A stretch of 64,000 nucleotides of DNA, taken from a bacterium. Lineage in GTDB: Bacteria; Omnitrophota; Gorgyraeia; Zapsychrales; Zapsychraceae. Positions 19,652 to 28,891 of this stretch are shown here, in pieces. Within the stretch, counting starts at the first letter, position 1. Every line of letters starts with the position of its first letter. Below the pieces are notes generated by a model. It saw only the letters and a program-made list of their open reading frames with translations. It had not been told where the DNA came from and did not search any database. The stretch lies in the NCBI GenBank assembly GCA_030429765.1, contig JAUIER010000001.1, positions 202,877 to 266,876 of the forward strand, in the 5' to 3' direction. Both the position numbers and the translations under genes were made by a program.

Positions 19652-19678
19652 TAAAGGGGGGCATTCAGCCCCCCTTTA
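19652..19678. terminator. Intrinsic terminator (possibly bidirectional)
   Basis: TAAAGGGGGGC-attca-GCCCCCCTTTA. Confidence 0.6.
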
Positions 19679-19712
19679 GTGTATAATGGAAGGCGTTAAT
19701 CAGGACCTATCC

Positions 19713-20999
19713 ATGAAAAATTTTTTAAAATCAGCCTTCAGTCTGACAATCATATGCTGTGTGATGTCCATCCCCTTGGCACACGCGCAGTTTGATTCCT
19801 CAACACACTACGAGGATGCCGTGCCGGCCATTCTGGATGAGCTGACCACATCTGTTGAGAATGTCAGTAATTTGAATGATATCGGGGCCTGGGCAGAACA
19901 AACCCAGACGCGTTTGCCGGAGTTGCTGGATGAACTCATCGCGGCCATCACGCAGTATTCGAATCAACCGCTGGATGATAACTCACTGACACAATTAACG
20001 ATACTTTCCGAAAAGTGGAACACCGTTGTCGCGGAGTATCCGGATCTGGCGGGAGTGGCTGTCCTGGTTGAGCCGATTTTGGATCAGGCACTGGCCGGGC
20101 TGCCGGCCGTACGCGGACACCGAGCAGGGGATACGCCGTTTCAGAGTTTCTTTGAGTTTTATCGGGCGATGGAGATCCGTAATCCCTGGGGCGTCAGCGC
20201 GTTTTTTCAGTTGGAGCCGCTTCCCAATATCACCCGTTTGTTGACCCTGGTTGAAAGTGCCCGCACGCAAACCTTTAAAGGCGTGGAGGAGACCTTTGTC
20301 TATAGCAGCGAAACCACGGTTACCGTCAACAATGAAGTTGTATTTCATCAGCTGATTATTGACAACGAGGTGGTGAAATTATTTCAGAAAACGGTCGATG
20401 TCACATTGGTGCATGAAATCCTGCGTCAAATCCAGCAGGATGGTCTGGATCCGTCGTTAGTGGCGGCGATCCAGTCATTGGTCGATCTGATCGATTTTCA
20501 CTTGATGGAGGCCCAGAACAATGGCCTGGTCATCGCCAGCGCGGCCGTGCCAGCTCCCGCGCCGGCTAATGCGGCGGTCAATGTTCCGCAGCCCGCAGTC
20601 ACTCAATTTTTAGAGGATTTATTTTCATCCGCGCATTTTGCACACTTATCTGAATTGATGCATCCGTTCATCGAATCGGTTCCGGCCGAGACGCATGGAG
20701 TTCCTACCGAGGCGCAGGCCAAGCGGGCATATAGGGAAACCGTCCAGGTGGTCCCGGTGGAGTCGCTCAAACACAAGGCCGAGCAGCCAGCTAAGCCCGA
20801 ACCAGTTGTCAAGACGAAAACCGTTGAGACATCGGCACTTTTGGACGACTATAACAAGTCCAGTGATCGTATCGGCAGTCTATGGCTATCCATCATTTTC
20901 TTTCCCCTCTTTATAGGAATATTAATACAATTTATAAAGATGGCCCTATCCCCGACGGTGTCGCTCCTCAAGCGACGTCCGGATGTCTATATCCGCTAA
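19713..20999 (+). CDS. Hypothetical exported protein with C-terminal membrane anchor
   Basis: Signal peptide (AHA), helical body, Ala/Pro linker, hydrophobic helix LWLSIIFFPLFIGILIQFI and basic tail. Confidence 0.75.
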   Translation: MKNFLKSAFSLTIICCVMSIPLAHAQFDSSTHYEDAVPAILDELTTSVENVSNLNDIGAWAEQTQTRLPELLDELIAAITQYSNQPLDDNSLTQLTILSEKWNTVVAEYPDLAGVAVLVEPILDQALAGLPAVRGHRAGDTPFQSFFEFYRAMEIRNPWGVSAFFQLEPLPNITRLLTLVESARTQTFKGVEETFVYSSETTVTVNNEVVFHQLIIDNEVVKLFQKTVDVTLVHEILRQIQQDGLDPSLVAAIQSLVDLIDFHLMEAQNNGLVIASAAVPAPAPANAAVNVPQPAVTQFLEDLFSSAHFAHLSELMHPFIESVPAETHGVPTEAQAKRAYRETVQVVPVESLKHKAEQPAKPEPVVKTKTVETSALLDDYNKSSDRIGSLWLSIIFFPLFIGILIQFIKMALSPTVSLLKRRPDVYIR

Positions 21000-21027
21000 G
21001 AAAATCTCCGATTTTTTGTCTAAAATT

Positions 21028-21056
21028 TTGCATTGCTCAAAAAAATAGTCTATACT
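21028..21056 (+). promoter_or_regulatory. Sigma70-type promoter upstream of the riboswitch
   Basis: TTGCAT-17 nt-TATACT. Confidence 0.55.
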
Positions 21057-21079
21057 TCAACTAGACAATTTGGATTTTA

Positions 21080-21166
21080 TCGTTTGACCGATAAAGGCAA
21101 ACCCGGGGTAACCCGGCGACGCAAAACTACAGGGTCCTAAAACTAGGATAGCCAGGTGCCGAAACA
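21080..21166 (+). ncRNA. c-di-GMP-I (GEMM) riboswitch aptamer
   Basis: AAAGGCAAACCCGGG-GTAA-CCCGGCGACGCAAAACTACAGGGTCCTA...TAGGATAGCCAGGTGCCGAA: GGCAAA, GNRA-capped P2, GACGCAAA, P3 and TGCCG consensus elements. Confidence 0.92.
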
Positions 21167-21200
21167 GAATGATCAGTTTTCATTACTCGAAAACGGCATG

Positions 21201-21232
21201 GCCTATTCCTATCTACGGAATAGGCTTTTTTT
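21201..21232 (+). terminator. Riboswitch expression-platform terminator
   Basis: GCCTATTCC-tatctac-GGAATAGGC followed by T7. Confidence 0.85.
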
Positions 21233-21270
21233 ATGAACGAAACGTTTCAGTGCAAACGAAGGAGTAAACA

Positions 21271-23577
21271 ATGAAAGCGAAAACATTGGCGATAAAACAA
21301 GATTTGTTCCGGAATGTCATTTTTCCAGCCCTGCTGGTACTGACACTGATTTTGTGCGGAACAACCGCTGTCGAATCTAAGGAGAGCATCAGCTTTCAGC
21401 ATGAGCTTTATGGTGAGATGAAAATGCCGATTGATGTGGCGGTCTCGCAGCTAGGCGAGGTATTTGTCCTGGATCAGAAGCAAAGCCAGGTGCATGTCTT
21501 TTCTGAGGGAGGCGAGTGGATGTACAGCTTTGCCGACTACGGCTCAGGGCCGGGTAAGTTGATGAATCCGGAATCGATAGCGTTGAACCTGAATGATGAG
21601 GTTATCATTGCCGACACAGGCAACAAGCGGGTTCAGGTATTCAGCAAAGAGGGGCGATTCATTTATGAACTGGGAAGTTCAGGTGAAAAACCCGGTCAAT
21701 TCAACAAACCCACGAATGTGGCTGTCGATCAATATGGCTACATTTTTGTGATGGACGTGGGTAATCAAAACATTTCGAAATTTTCTCCCAAAGGTGTCTA
21801 CTATCAAAGCCTGCCGCTCAACGGTGAGCCGCAAGACATGGTGTTTGACGTGCAGCAGAACCTCTATATTCTGCATGCGACGGATGGACATATCGTCAAG
21901 TGGATGCTGGACACCGGCAGCAGTGAAATCATTGAGTACAATTGGGAAGGTCGAGAATTTATGAGCGAGGCCGCCGGTATGACCGTGGATATGCGCGGTG
22001 ATATCTACCTGGTTGATCATGAAACCAGCCGGGTGGTCAAAATCGATCAGGAGCAGAACCTGCTGTTGTCATTCGGTTCCAAAGGGGACGGTAAAGGTCA
22101 GTTTTTGAAACCGGCCGGGATCACGGCGGATCAGCATGGCAAGGTTTACATTGCCGACTCACGCAACAAACGGGTTCAGGTGATCGACGTGAAGGGCAGC
22201 TACAAACCCACACTGGCCTCATGGGCCGGACAGCCGCCGGTTGTTGATTATTTAGAGTCCATTCCCGTCGAGGAATCGATTGTCGATCTCAAGTATAAAC
22301 CCAACTACGGACTGTTCGCCTTGTCAGAGGAGTCTGGTCACATTACTCATAAACGAATGGATGAAAAATATCAGTACGGTGAATTTGAGGATCGAGCCTT
22401 GTCATTTGCCCGTCCTCAGGCCATGGACATCCTGATGGATGGACGTATGCTTGTGGCCGACACCGGCAATCACCGGTTGCAATTCATCAATCCCGACGGA
22501 AGTCATAACTACTTGTTTGGTACCCGCGGTTCAGACGACGGACAGTTTGATTCACTTCAGGGTGTCGCTGTCCGTGATGACGGTTTTATCTTCATCGCCG
22601 ATACCAAGAACAACCGGATTCAAGTGTTCAACAGCGACGGGATCTATATGGAATCATTCGGGGTCAAAGGCGAAGCCGATAAAGAAGGTATCGCTGAGCT
22701 AGGCTGGTTCCATCATCCCAAATCATTGGAGTTTGATTCCACCGGGATGCTGTACGTGCTGGATTCTCGGAACAAACGGATTCAGGTGTTTGACCGTGAC
22801 GGTCAGCCGGTGAAGGAGATCAGTGAAATTGCATCGGGTATCGAGATGGAAAATCCGGTTGATATCGCGATCGACGAGAAGGACTACTTGTACATCGCGG
22901 ACCGTGGGACGCATACCATCAAGGTATTGAATCCATTTGGTGATTTTGTTACGGAATTCGGATCTGCAGGAAAAGGACGGAGCTATTTTCCAAAGCTGTC
23001 ATCGGTCAGCGCCGCTGAAGGCAAGATTTATGTAGCGGACTACAATCTCGATGAGATCAAGGTGTTCGACATTTATCCGGACGCGTCAAATTATGCCGGA
23101 AATGTCCCGTCGTTACCGGTTGAAACACCGGCTGTCGAAATGGCGATGGCTGAAGAACCCATGACTGAAGAGGCAACGGCCAAGAAGTCTTGGATCTCAA
23201 TCGGGGCCAATAGTGCTGAGGCCATGCCGGAGCTTCCGGTCCAACCGGTAGAGTCGGAACAGATGGCTTCGACGCCGGAGCAGCCAATACCGGAAGAAGC
23301 GCCAGCCGACATGGCCGCTCAGGAACCGGTTCAGGATCCGCAGCGACTTTACTTTACGCAAGTGTCATATCCCATCAAGACAGACAATATGGATATTGAA
23401 GTCAAAAAGGAAATGACACGTAAGATGACATTGCAGTTAGTGATTTCGAACGTCGCCGAGAAATACGGCATGTCAATGAAAGACGTCGAAAAGCTCATTC
23501 AAATTGAAAAAGAAGACCTTCTGGAAGACGGGCGGATGAAGATTACAGTCAGTGTTCCGAAGGAGATGAATATTTAA
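21271..23577 (+). CDS. Exported NHL-repeat tandem beta-propeller protein
   Basis: N-terminal signal; repeated G.F..P..VAVD...I.VAD..N.RVQVF units; Glu/Pro/Ala-rich linker and small C-terminal domain; GGAG RBS. Confidence 0.9.
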   Translation: MKAKTLAIKQDLFRNVIFPALLVLTLILCGTTAVESKESISFQHELYGEMKMPIDVAVSQLGEVFVLDQKQSQVHVFSEGGEWMYSFADYGSGPGKLMNPESIALNLNDEVIIADTGNKRVQVFSKEGRFIYELGSSGEKPGQFNKPTNVAVDQYGYIFVMDVGNQNISKFSPKGVYYQSLPLNGEPQDMVFDVQQNLYILHATDGHIVKWMLDTGSSEIIEYNWEGREFMSEAAGMTVDMRGDIYLVDHETSRVVKIDQEQNLLLSFGSKGDGKGQFLKPAGITADQHGKVYIADSRNKRVQVIDVKGSYKPTLASWAGQPPVVDYLESIPVEESIVDLKYKPNYGLFALSEESGHITHKRMDEKYQYGEFEDRALSFARPQAMDILMDGRMLVADTGNHRLQFINPDGSHNYLFGTRGSDDGQFDSLQGVAVRDDGFIFIADTKNNRIQVFNSDGIYMESFGVKGEADKEGIAELGWFHHPKSLEFDSTGMLYVLDSRNKRIQVFDRDGQPVKEISEIASGIEMENPVDIAIDEKDYLYIADRGTHTIKVLNPFGDFVTEFGSAGKGRSYFPKLSSVSAAEGKIYVADYNLDEIKVFDIYPDASNYAGNVPSLPVETPAVEMAMAEEPMTEEATAKKSWISIGANSAEAMPELPVQPVESEQMASTPEQPIPEEAPADMAAQEPVQDPQRLYFTQVSYPIKTDNMDIEVKKEMTRKMTLQLVISNVAEKYGMSMKDVEKLIQIEKEDLLEDGRMKITVSVPKEMNI

Positions 23578-23684
23578 GAGCTGACGACCGTCTCTCAACA
23601 CCTGAGTTGAGAATGCGTCGGCTCCAGCGACAAATTCCCCCCGGTTTGCTTACCAGCGAACCAGTTTTTCCTCCAGGAAAAGAC

Positions 23685-23717
23685 GGCAACCCTCGAAAGG
23701 GGGTTGCCTTCTTTTTT
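23685..23717 (+). terminator. Intrinsic terminator
   Basis: GGCAACCCTC-GAAA-GGGGGTTGCC-TTCTTTTTT. Confidence 0.85.
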
Positions 23718-23778
23718 GGGGTGTCTGGTGTAAATTGTTGGCGGGAAGGCGTTTGTAAGAGTATGTAATAACAAATTT

Positions 23779-23807
23779 TTGACAAGGACAAATTAATCAT
23801 GCATACT
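23779..23807 (+). promoter_or_regulatory. Sigma70-type promoter of the pilB-pilC operon
   Basis: TTGACA-17 nt-CATACT. Confidence 0.55.
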
Positions 23808-23865
23808 CTTTCTACATTATTGAATATTAATAAGGAAAGACTTATTGATATATAGTTGGTAAATC

Positions 23866-25521
23866 ATGGAATACAATGCAGCAAAACTTGGTCAAATCCT
23901 GTGCGAGAAGGGATTGATCGCCGATGAGCAGCTTCAAGAAATTCTGGAATCCCAGAAGACCGACAACCGACGATTAGGCGAGATTTTACTCGATAGAGGG
24001 CTGATAGATGAGAATGTGCTGGCGGAAACGCTGGCCCAGGTCTTTCAGATTCCGTATGTCGACCTGTCGGCGACGGTGCTTGATCCCGAGGTTGTTGCCA
24101 AGATCCCACACGATTTACTTCAAGAATATAATGTGATCCCGATTTCAGCCACGGAACTGCGTATCACGGTGGCCACAAACAATCCGCTGGATGTGAACGC
24201 TTTGCAGGATATCCAGGTCAAGAGCGGTTTGATGGTGACGCCGGTTATGGCCAGTCGGCGGGATATTGAACAGGCGATTCAGGAATATGTCGATGGCGTC
24301 CATGGCGGGCAGGCCCGGTCATCCGGATCGGGACCGGCGCAGAAAAAGAATTTAAGTGATCAGACCGTCATCGAGATGGTTGACGCGATTATCCGCCGGG
24401 CCATCAAGGAAAAAGCCTCAGATATCCATTTTGAGCCGCTGAAATCCAAGATGCGTGTGCGTTTCCGTATTAACGGCGTCTTGTACGAACGGGATTCGAT
24501 CAATCAGGATTTACAGCGAAACTGTATTTCGCGGATCAAGATTATATCCGGGCTGGATGTGGCGGAAAGCCGGCGCCCTCAGGATGGTCGGGCAAATTTT
24601 AGCGTCAGCGGTCAGCAATTTGATTTGCGGATTTCGACCCTGCCGAACTTAAACGGCGAAAACCTGGTTATGCGACTGCTTAATAAGTCATTCATGGGGC
24701 AGTCATTTGACAAACTGGGCATGGATGCGCAGCAAACCGAATTGATCAATGGATTTGTCAGCAAGCCGTACGGGCTGATGCTCGTTACCGGTCCGACCGG
24801 GGCCGGTAAGACGACGACGCTCTACAGCATGATGAATCAGCTCAATAATTCAGAAAAGAGCATAGTAACGGTTGAGGATCCGGTTGAATATGAATTGGCC
24901 GGGATCAATCAAACCTCAACGAATAAACATATTGGATACACATTTGCCAACGCGATCCGGCACATCCTCCGGCACGACCCCGACATCATTATGATCGGTG
25001 AGATCCGGGATCAGGAAACCGCTGAAATCGCGATTCGCGCGGCATTAACTGGCCATTTGGTTTTATCGACAATGCACACCAACACGGCGGCCGGCGCGAT
25101 CACCCGGATGATGGAGATGGACATCGAGCCGTTCTTGATCAGCAGCGCGTTGAACGGCATCATCGCTCAACGATTGGTCCGTCGCCTGTGTGATAAGTGT
25201 AAAAAGGAACATACCGCGGATATCGAGACAGAAAAGAAGATTAATCAGTACATTCCATTTGACGAGAGTTCGATGCTGGCCCATCCCGTGGGATGTCCGG
25301 CCTGCGCGAATACCGGTTATGAAGGCCGGGTCGGGCTGTATGAGGTCCTCAAGGTCGACGAGGAAGTCCGGCGGATGATCGTCAAAGGAGCCGATGAGCG
25401 TGACATTGTTAAGTATTGCGTCAGCCAAGGGATGAAACAGCTGCAGATGTCCGGTATTCAGAAAGTGGTTAACAAGGAAACCGAGTTCAATGAAACCATT
25501 CACAGTGTGTTCATTGATTAG
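23866..25521 (+). CDS. pilB: Type IV pilus/T2SS assembly ATPase PilB/GspE with MshEN-type N-terminus
   Basis: KLGQIL..KGLI and RRLGEILLDRGLI, ASDIHFEP, PQDGR, GPTGAGKTTTLY, TVEDPVEY, LRHDPD, GHLVLST.H, CxxC..CxxC. Confidence 0.93.
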   Translation: MEYNAAKLGQILCEKGLIADEQLQEILESQKTDNRRLGEILLDRGLIDENVLAETLAQVFQIPYVDLSATVLDPEVVAKIPHDLLQEYNVIPISATELRITVATNNPLDVNALQDIQVKSGLMVTPVMASRRDIEQAIQEYVDGVHGGQARSSGSGPAQKKNLSDQTVIEMVDAIIRRAIKEKASDIHFEPLKSKMRVRFRINGVLYERDSINQDLQRNCISRIKIISGLDVAESRRPQDGRANFSVSGQQFDLRISTLPNLNGENLVMRLLNKSFMGQSFDKLGMDAQQTELINGFVSKPYGLMLVTGPTGAGKTTTLYSMMNQLNNSEKSIVTVEDPVEYELAGINQTSTNKHIGYTFANAIRHILRHDPDIIMIGEIRDQETAEIAIRAALTGHLVLSTMHTNTAAGAITRMMEMDIEPFLISSALNGIIAQRLVRRLCDKCKKEHTADIETEKKINQYIPFDESSMLAHPVGCPACANTGYEGRVGLYEVLKVDEEVRRMIVKGADERDIVKYCVSQGMKQLQMSGIQKVVNKETEFNETIHSVFID

Positions 25522-25544
25522 AAAATAAATTTAGAGAACAGGCC

Positions 25545-26750
25545 ATGCAGAATTTTGTTTATAAACTCAAAGATCAAACCGGAAAAACACTTCACGGTTT
25601 TTGTGACGCGCACGACAAGAAGGACTTAAAGCAGAAACTGCGTCAGTCCAACTACTATTTTGTTTCGGCCGAGCCGTTTAACAAAGAGCGGATTTTCAAT
25701 CAAAAAGCCGATCTGGAAACATTGCTGATTTTTACCCGGCGCTTGTCTTCATTAATCGATTCCGGGATTCCGATCCTGTCGGCGATGCATATCTTGTGGC
25801 GCCAGACTGAAGAGAAGAATATGCAGCTGGTGATCAGTCATATCCGTAACCGTCTGGAAGAGGGAAAGAATATTTCGATCGCTTTGGACGACTTTCCGTT
25901 GATCTTCCCCGTCATGTACCGGGCGATGATTGCCGTCGCGGAAAAGGCCGGCGGACTGGTCATGATCCTGCAACGGTTGACGACCTATTTGGAATACCAG
26001 AAGCTTTTTATCACCCGGACCAAAAAAGCCACGCTGTATCCGATGATCGTGACGATATTCGCGTTCCTGGTGGTTATCTGCATGTTCGCGTTCGTAGTTC
26101 CGACGTTTTCCAAAGTGTTGGATCAGTTGAATATTGAACTGCCATGGCTGACACAGTTGGTGATCTCGATGTCCGCCTTGATCCGCTCGCCGATATTTAT
26201 CGGCCTGGTGATCGTGTTGGGTGTGGTCGGTACCTATATCTACAAGGCGCTCAAGAAGAATCCCAAATTCGCCTACAATGTGGACTACTACAAACTCAAG
26301 ATTCCCTATATCGGCAATATGCTGTACTCAATGGCCCTGGGGCGTTTTGTGCGGTCCTTGAGTATTCTGGTCAAATCCGGTCTGCCGATCGTTGACAGCT
26401 TTGATGTCGCCAAGACCACGGCCACCAATCAATATGTGGCTGAAGGGATCAACGAGGCCCAGCAAAAGATCCAGCGGGGGGTTTCGTTATATGACGCCTT
26501 CAACGAAAGCCGGATGTTCCCGGTCATGCTCGTGGAGATGGTGGGGGTCGGTGAGTCCAGCGGGACCATTGCCCAGTCGCTCGATACGTTGGCGGACCAT
26601 TTTGACGAAGAGGTGGAATACAAGCAAAACAAACTATTTACACTTCTTGAACCATTTTTGATATTATTTGTCGGAGTTATCGTTATTGTGACATTATTAG
26701 CTATTTATATGCCGATTTTCTCACTTTGGAGCGGATTGCTCGATAAATGA
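25545..26750 (+). CDS. pilC: Type IV pilus/T2SS platform protein PilC/GspF
   Basis: FTRRLSSLIDSGIP, AEKAGGL, LYP, VGESSG, LLEP; three TM helices. Confidence 0.93.
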   Translation: MQNFVYKLKDQTGKTLHGFCDAHDKKDLKQKLRQSNYYFVSAEPFNKERIFNQKADLETLLIFTRRLSSLIDSGIPILSAMHILWRQTEEKNMQLVISHIRNRLEEGKNISIALDDFPLIFPVMYRAMIAVAEKAGGLVMILQRLTTYLEYQKLFITRTKKATLYPMIVTIFAFLVVICMFAFVVPTFSKVLDQLNIELPWLTQLVISMSALIRSPIFIGLVIVLGVVGTYIYKALKKNPKFAYNVDYYKLKIPYIGNMLYSMALGRFVRSLSILVKSGLPIVDSFDVAKTTATNQYVAEGINEAQQKIQRGVSLYDAFNESRMFPVMLVEMVGVGESSGTIAQSLDTLADHFDEEVEYKQNKLFTLLEPFLILFVGVIVIVTLLAIYMPIFSLWSGLLDK

Positions 26751-26965
26751 TCCCGAAACCGCTTTACATTGTTCTTTTCCAGCCGTGAGATCCGCAAAAA
26801 ATTCCAAATTTCAGAAGTACGTGTGGTTACACCCAAAAAACATCAAAAATAACAGGAAAAATTTGGAAAAAATGCGGCCGGGAATGAGCATTTTTACGAA
26901 TAATAGGTTATACTTTAGCATTCTTTGCAGTACAAAATTTTTGAAAAATAAGGAAAAAGGGGTAG

Positions 26966-27349
26966 ATGACGATGAAAAAAATGAATAAAAAAGGTTTTAC
27001 ACTGACAGAAATCTTGATCGTATTGGTTGTGGCCGGTATCCTGCTGGCACTGATTTTGCCGAATGTCCTTCGGGCGATTGAGCGAGGAAACGTGACGGCT
27101 CACGAAAGCAACATCAACACCATCCAGGTGGGCGCATTTATGTGCTTTACGGAAAACCGAGTATGGGCACCATGTGACACATTGGCCGAACTTGTGGCTG
27201 GAAACTTTATTGATGCCATTCCAGCTCACCCATTTGGTGGAAACTATTCATTGCAAGCCGATCCGAACTCAAACGGATTCTTGGCCTGTAGTGCCGGTGA
27301 AGTTGGATTTCCAGCCGGGGAACAACCTGATAGTCCTGACTGTCCGTAA
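26966..27349 (+). CDS. Type IV major pilin/pseudopilin
   Basis: Class III signal KKG|FTLTEILIVLVVAGILLALILP (E5, P22); IP.HPFGGNY; four Cys. Confidence 0.88.
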   Translation: MTMKKMNKKGFTLTEILIVLVVAGILLALILPNVLRAIERGNVTAHESNINTIQVGAFMCFTENRVWAPCDTLAELVAGNFIDAIPAHPFGGNYSLQADPNSNGFLACSAGEVGFPAGEQPDSPDCP

Positions 27350-27394
27350 TGTTGGGTATGTCAGTTAATTTGAGAACTGTGAAACACAATTATC

Positions 27395-28891
27395 ATGGCT
27401 AAATACCTAGGGGTAGACATATCGGACGATTCGTTACGGTATGTCTACCTTAAATCACAAGGTTTTAAGTACGTCGTCCTTAAGGCGGGCAAGTCAAATA
27501 TCGATTTTGAATTGACCGCCCAAGGGGCGCTACGCGATGCGATCAAAGGCTTGGTTAAGCAGGAAAAACTCAAGCCTTCGCGTGTTTTTGTGTCCATATC
27601 ACGCAAAGACACTGTTGTGCATCAATTGGTCCTGCCGAAGCTTTCGGCGCGGGAGTTTGACGAGGTCATTACCTCGGAAATCGAAAAAATCCCGACGTTC
27701 CATAAGCAACCGTACGACTATATCTACCGCAAATATCCGATGGGACGCGATAAGTTCAAGGTGATCCTGTCGGCCATCCGGCGTGATATTCTGGACAGCG
27801 TCTTGCAGGAAGTTCACAAGACCGGGATTATGTTCAAGGATGTCGAAATATCGCCTTTGAACTTCAAAGATATTCCTTCATTGATCGATCCGGTGGAAGA
27901 TTGTCACGCGTTTGTGATGATCTCGGACCGGCAGACCTACCTGAGCATTTACGATAAAGATCAGTATCGATTGATTTACAAATTGGCCTCAGGGGTCAAT
28001 CAGTTTAAACATACGGTTTCCCAGGAACAGATCAAATTGATCGTCACCGACTGGACGGCCCAGCTCAAGCGGGTGTTCAAGTCGTTTATGATGGAAAACC
28101 GCAGCCTCAAGGTCAAAAAGATTTGGCTGGTCTGGGACAAAGAAGTGGCTCCAAACCTGGATCAGTATGTTGCCAATGAATTTAACATTCCCGTCGAGAT
28201 CCTGGATATTCGTAAGGTCAGTAAGATCTCGACGATCGAGAATTATCCGTTAAATCCGGTATACGCCATGGCGATGGCGCCGGTGCTGAGTCATATTCAT
28301 CAAATCAATTCACAATTTTCACTTCGACATTTCTTTGGACGGTTTCATCTCAATCGATATGTACTGAAAACCGGTATCATGGCCGCGGCGGTCATTTCAG
28401 TGTTTGCCGCTTCCTTGGGAATGGCCAATATGTGGATCAATGACAAGACTCGCGGTTTTGAATCACAGGCCCGGACGATTGAATATCAAACCGTCGAATT
28501 AAGGAAAGAAGCACAGGATTTGTTCCGTCAGCATGAAGAATACGATCAAATCCGGCAACGATTTCTGGCCCAGGCCACTTATGTGCAGGAGTTAAACCGA
28601 GTCTCATGGGCGGAGGTTTTTGCGATTGTCGCCAATGAATTACCTGAAGATTTAGCTTTAACATCGTTTAAGTTCAGCGAACAAGGGAGTGCGGATATTA
28701 AAGGTGAAGCGTTCAATATGGAATCAATCGCCGAATTGATCCGCCGGATTGACGAGTCGGCTATTCTGAACAAAGGGACATTTGATTTTCTCAAAGAGAA
28801 AAAAGTCAAAGAAGAAAAATTGTTTAATTTCGGTATCCTGGCCCGATTAAAGACGCCGGAGAAAAAGTTGGAATCTGATGAACAAGAATAA
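27395..28891 (+). CDS. PilM-PilN fusion (GspL-like topology)
   Basis: N-terminal actin-like YLGVDIS, one TM helix near aa 325-345, coiled coil, PilN-type SW......LP...LTSF....IKGEA. Confidence 0.8.
   Translation: MAKYLGVDISDDSLRYVYLKSQGFKYVVLKAGKSNIDFELTAQGALRDAIKGLVKQEKLKPSRVFVSISRKDTVVHQLVLPKLSAREFDEVITSEIEKIPTFHKQPYDYIYRKYPMGRDKFKVILSAIRRDILDSVLQEVHKTGIMFKDVEISPLNFKDIPSLIDPVEDCHAFVMISDRQTYLSIYDKDQYRLIYKLASGVNQFKHTVSQEQIKLIVTDWTAQLKRVFKSFMMENRSLKVKKIWLVWDKEVAPNLDQYVANEFNIPVEILDIRKVSKISTIENYPLNPVYAMAMAPVLSHIHQINSQFSLRHFFGRFHLNRYVLKTGIMAAAVISVFAASLGMANMWINDKTRGFESQARTIEYQTVELRKEAQDLFRQHEEYDQIRQRFLAQATYVQELNRVSWAEVFAIVANELPEDLALTSFKFSEQGSADIKGEAFNMESIAELIRRIDESAILNKGTFDFLKEKKVKEEKLFNFGILARLKTPEKKLESDEQE

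Noticed and set aside
21080-21166. 3',3'-cGAMP (GEMM-Ib) riboswitch variant
   Set aside because: The discriminating position before GCAAA is G, not A, which fits c-di-GMP.
26861-26880. Sigma54 promoter upstream of the pilin
   Set aside because: A GG-N10-GC spacing exists but the flanks do not match TGGCAC/TTGC.
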